DNA from: an uncultured Gammaproteobacteria bacterium
Lineage (GTDB): Bacteria > Pseudomonadota > Gammaproteobacteria > JACCXJ01
Direction: 5' to 3'
Length of the DNA stretch: 64,000 nt
Assembly (NCBI GenBank): GCA_963764725.1
Contig: CAVXTM010000012.1
Location: 160,001 to 224,000 of the forward strand
In this document: piece by piece, positions 63,132-64,000 of the stretch
Layout of the letters: each line of letters opens with the position of its first letter
How positions within the stretch are numbered: position 1 is the first letter of the stretch
The notes under the pieces: model-generated
Databases searched by the model: none
What the model saw: only the letters and a program-made list of their open reading frames with translations
What the model was told of the DNA's origin: nothing
Position numbers and translations under genes: made by a program

Positions 63132-63192
63132 CTCCTCACGGGTTATCACCTCCCGGCTGACGCTCTCGGCGCGTCGCGGTGAGGCAAGGAGA
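63132..63192 (-). promoter_or_regulatory. putative S6:S18-binding rpsF leader
   Basis: Minus strand CTCCTTGC...ACCCGTGAGGAG: the 5' CUCCU can pair with the SD, with CCC/CCG just before it, as in the described rpsF leader motif. Confidence 0.55.
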
Positions 63193-63253
63193 GTTGCTAC
63201 AAACGCGGCCCGCAGGCGGGCGCGCTGTTTTCAGCGCCGCGAATTCTATTTCA

Positions 63254-64000
63254 TTAACCTCCGTCGCGCAATTTTCTAGTTGGATTATGTGCCATCGCAA
63301 TTGCTTCCGAGACACGTTCGGGAGCGCGCATCGAGCCGTACAGCGAGTCCAGGTATTTCCTGAAGTCCGACTCCTCCTCTGGGTGTTTCAGCGCGTATCC
63401 TACCGTCGCTTGTAGAAAACCGAGCTTTGATCCGCAATCGTAGCGTTTCCCTTCGAACTCTAACGACAGGACGGTTTTCTTGGCGAGAAGCTTCGCGATA
63501 GCGTCGGTGAGTTGAATCTCGCCGCGAGCGTCCTCTGCCGTGTGTTCGAGGACCGACATGATGTCGGGCGTAAGAATGTAACGGCCGACCACAGCGAGGT
63601 TCGAGGGGGCGTCCTCGGGCCGGGGTTTCTCGACGATGCTGTGTACCTTGCCGACCCGTGGTTCAATGGCTTGAGAGACCACAATGCCGTATCGGCCAGT
63701 CTCCTCTTGCGGTACGGGTTCGACGGCGAGCACCCCGCAGTTATAGCGCGAATACAGATCGACCATCTGTGAAAGGCAGCCGGCATGATTAGCGTCAATC
63801 AGGTCATCGGCGAGCACGACGGCAAACGGTTCTTTGCCAATCACGGGTCTCGCGCAAAGGACGGCGTGACCGAGCCCTAAAGCTTCGGGTTGGCGAATAT
63901 AGATACAGGACACACCCGGCGGGAGAATGTTGGTGGCGAGGTCCAGCATCTTGGTCTTATTGTGTTTCTTTAGCTCGGCTTCCAGCTCATAAGCCTTGTC
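63254..64000 (-). CDS. galU: UTP--glucose-1-phosphate uridylyltransferase, 5'-truncated by the window edge
   Basis: RQPEALGLGHAV, FAVVLADD, VEKP, VGRYIL, GEIQLTDA and YDCGSKLG. Confidence 0.93.
   Translation of the reverse strand, partial: DKAYELEAELKKHNKTKMLDLATNILPPGVSCIYIRQPEALGLGHAVLCARPVIGKEPFAVVLADDLIDANHAGCLSQMVDLYSRYNCGVLAVEPVPQEETGRYGIVVSQAIEPRVGKVHSIVEKPRPEDAPSNLAVVGRYILTPDIMSVLEHTAEDARGEIQLTDAIAKLLAKKTVLSLEFEGKRYDCGSKLGFLQATVGYALKHPEEESDFRKYLDSLYGSMRAPERVSEAIAMAHNPTRKLRDGG

Overview
Bacterial chromosome window, most likely a Gammaproteobacterium, judged from the core block at ~53-64 kb (lipA-lipB-ybeD, radA, dnaB, rplI-DUF2232-rpsR-rpsF, galU). A PmoD/AmoD-like gene and an NAD-dependent formate dehydrogenase hint at a methane/ammonia-oxidiser lineage (inference). 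The first ~50 kb is an accessory mosaic: (i) a Pro/Gly/Lys/Arg repeat protein + atypical kinase-fold enzyme + glycosyltransferases (1-4.6 kb); (ii) an MnxG-type giant multicopper oxidase with beta-propeller, SCO and cytochrome c/SBP genes, next to a molybdate/tungstate ABC transporter whose ATPase is fused to an LMW-PTP domain (4.7-20 kb); (iii) a TetR-associated region with four related operator boxes, covering ethD-ethD, a linalool-dehydratase-like gene, a CCAEP-tail radical SAM, and an esterase / PQQ dehydrogenase / pmoD-like unit (24-33 kb); (iv) rearranged pentose-phosphate genes, many gene remnants, a multi-TM protein with a nucleoside-deoxyribosyltransferase-like domain, and an IS200/IS605 element. 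A ~115-125 bp three-hairpin repeat occurs four times and appears to be mobile. alr is reduced to a 43-codon stub between dnaB and radA. Many frameshifts may be assembly errors. No rRNA, tRNA or CRISPR array was seen. All family calls come from motif recognition by eye, not database searches.
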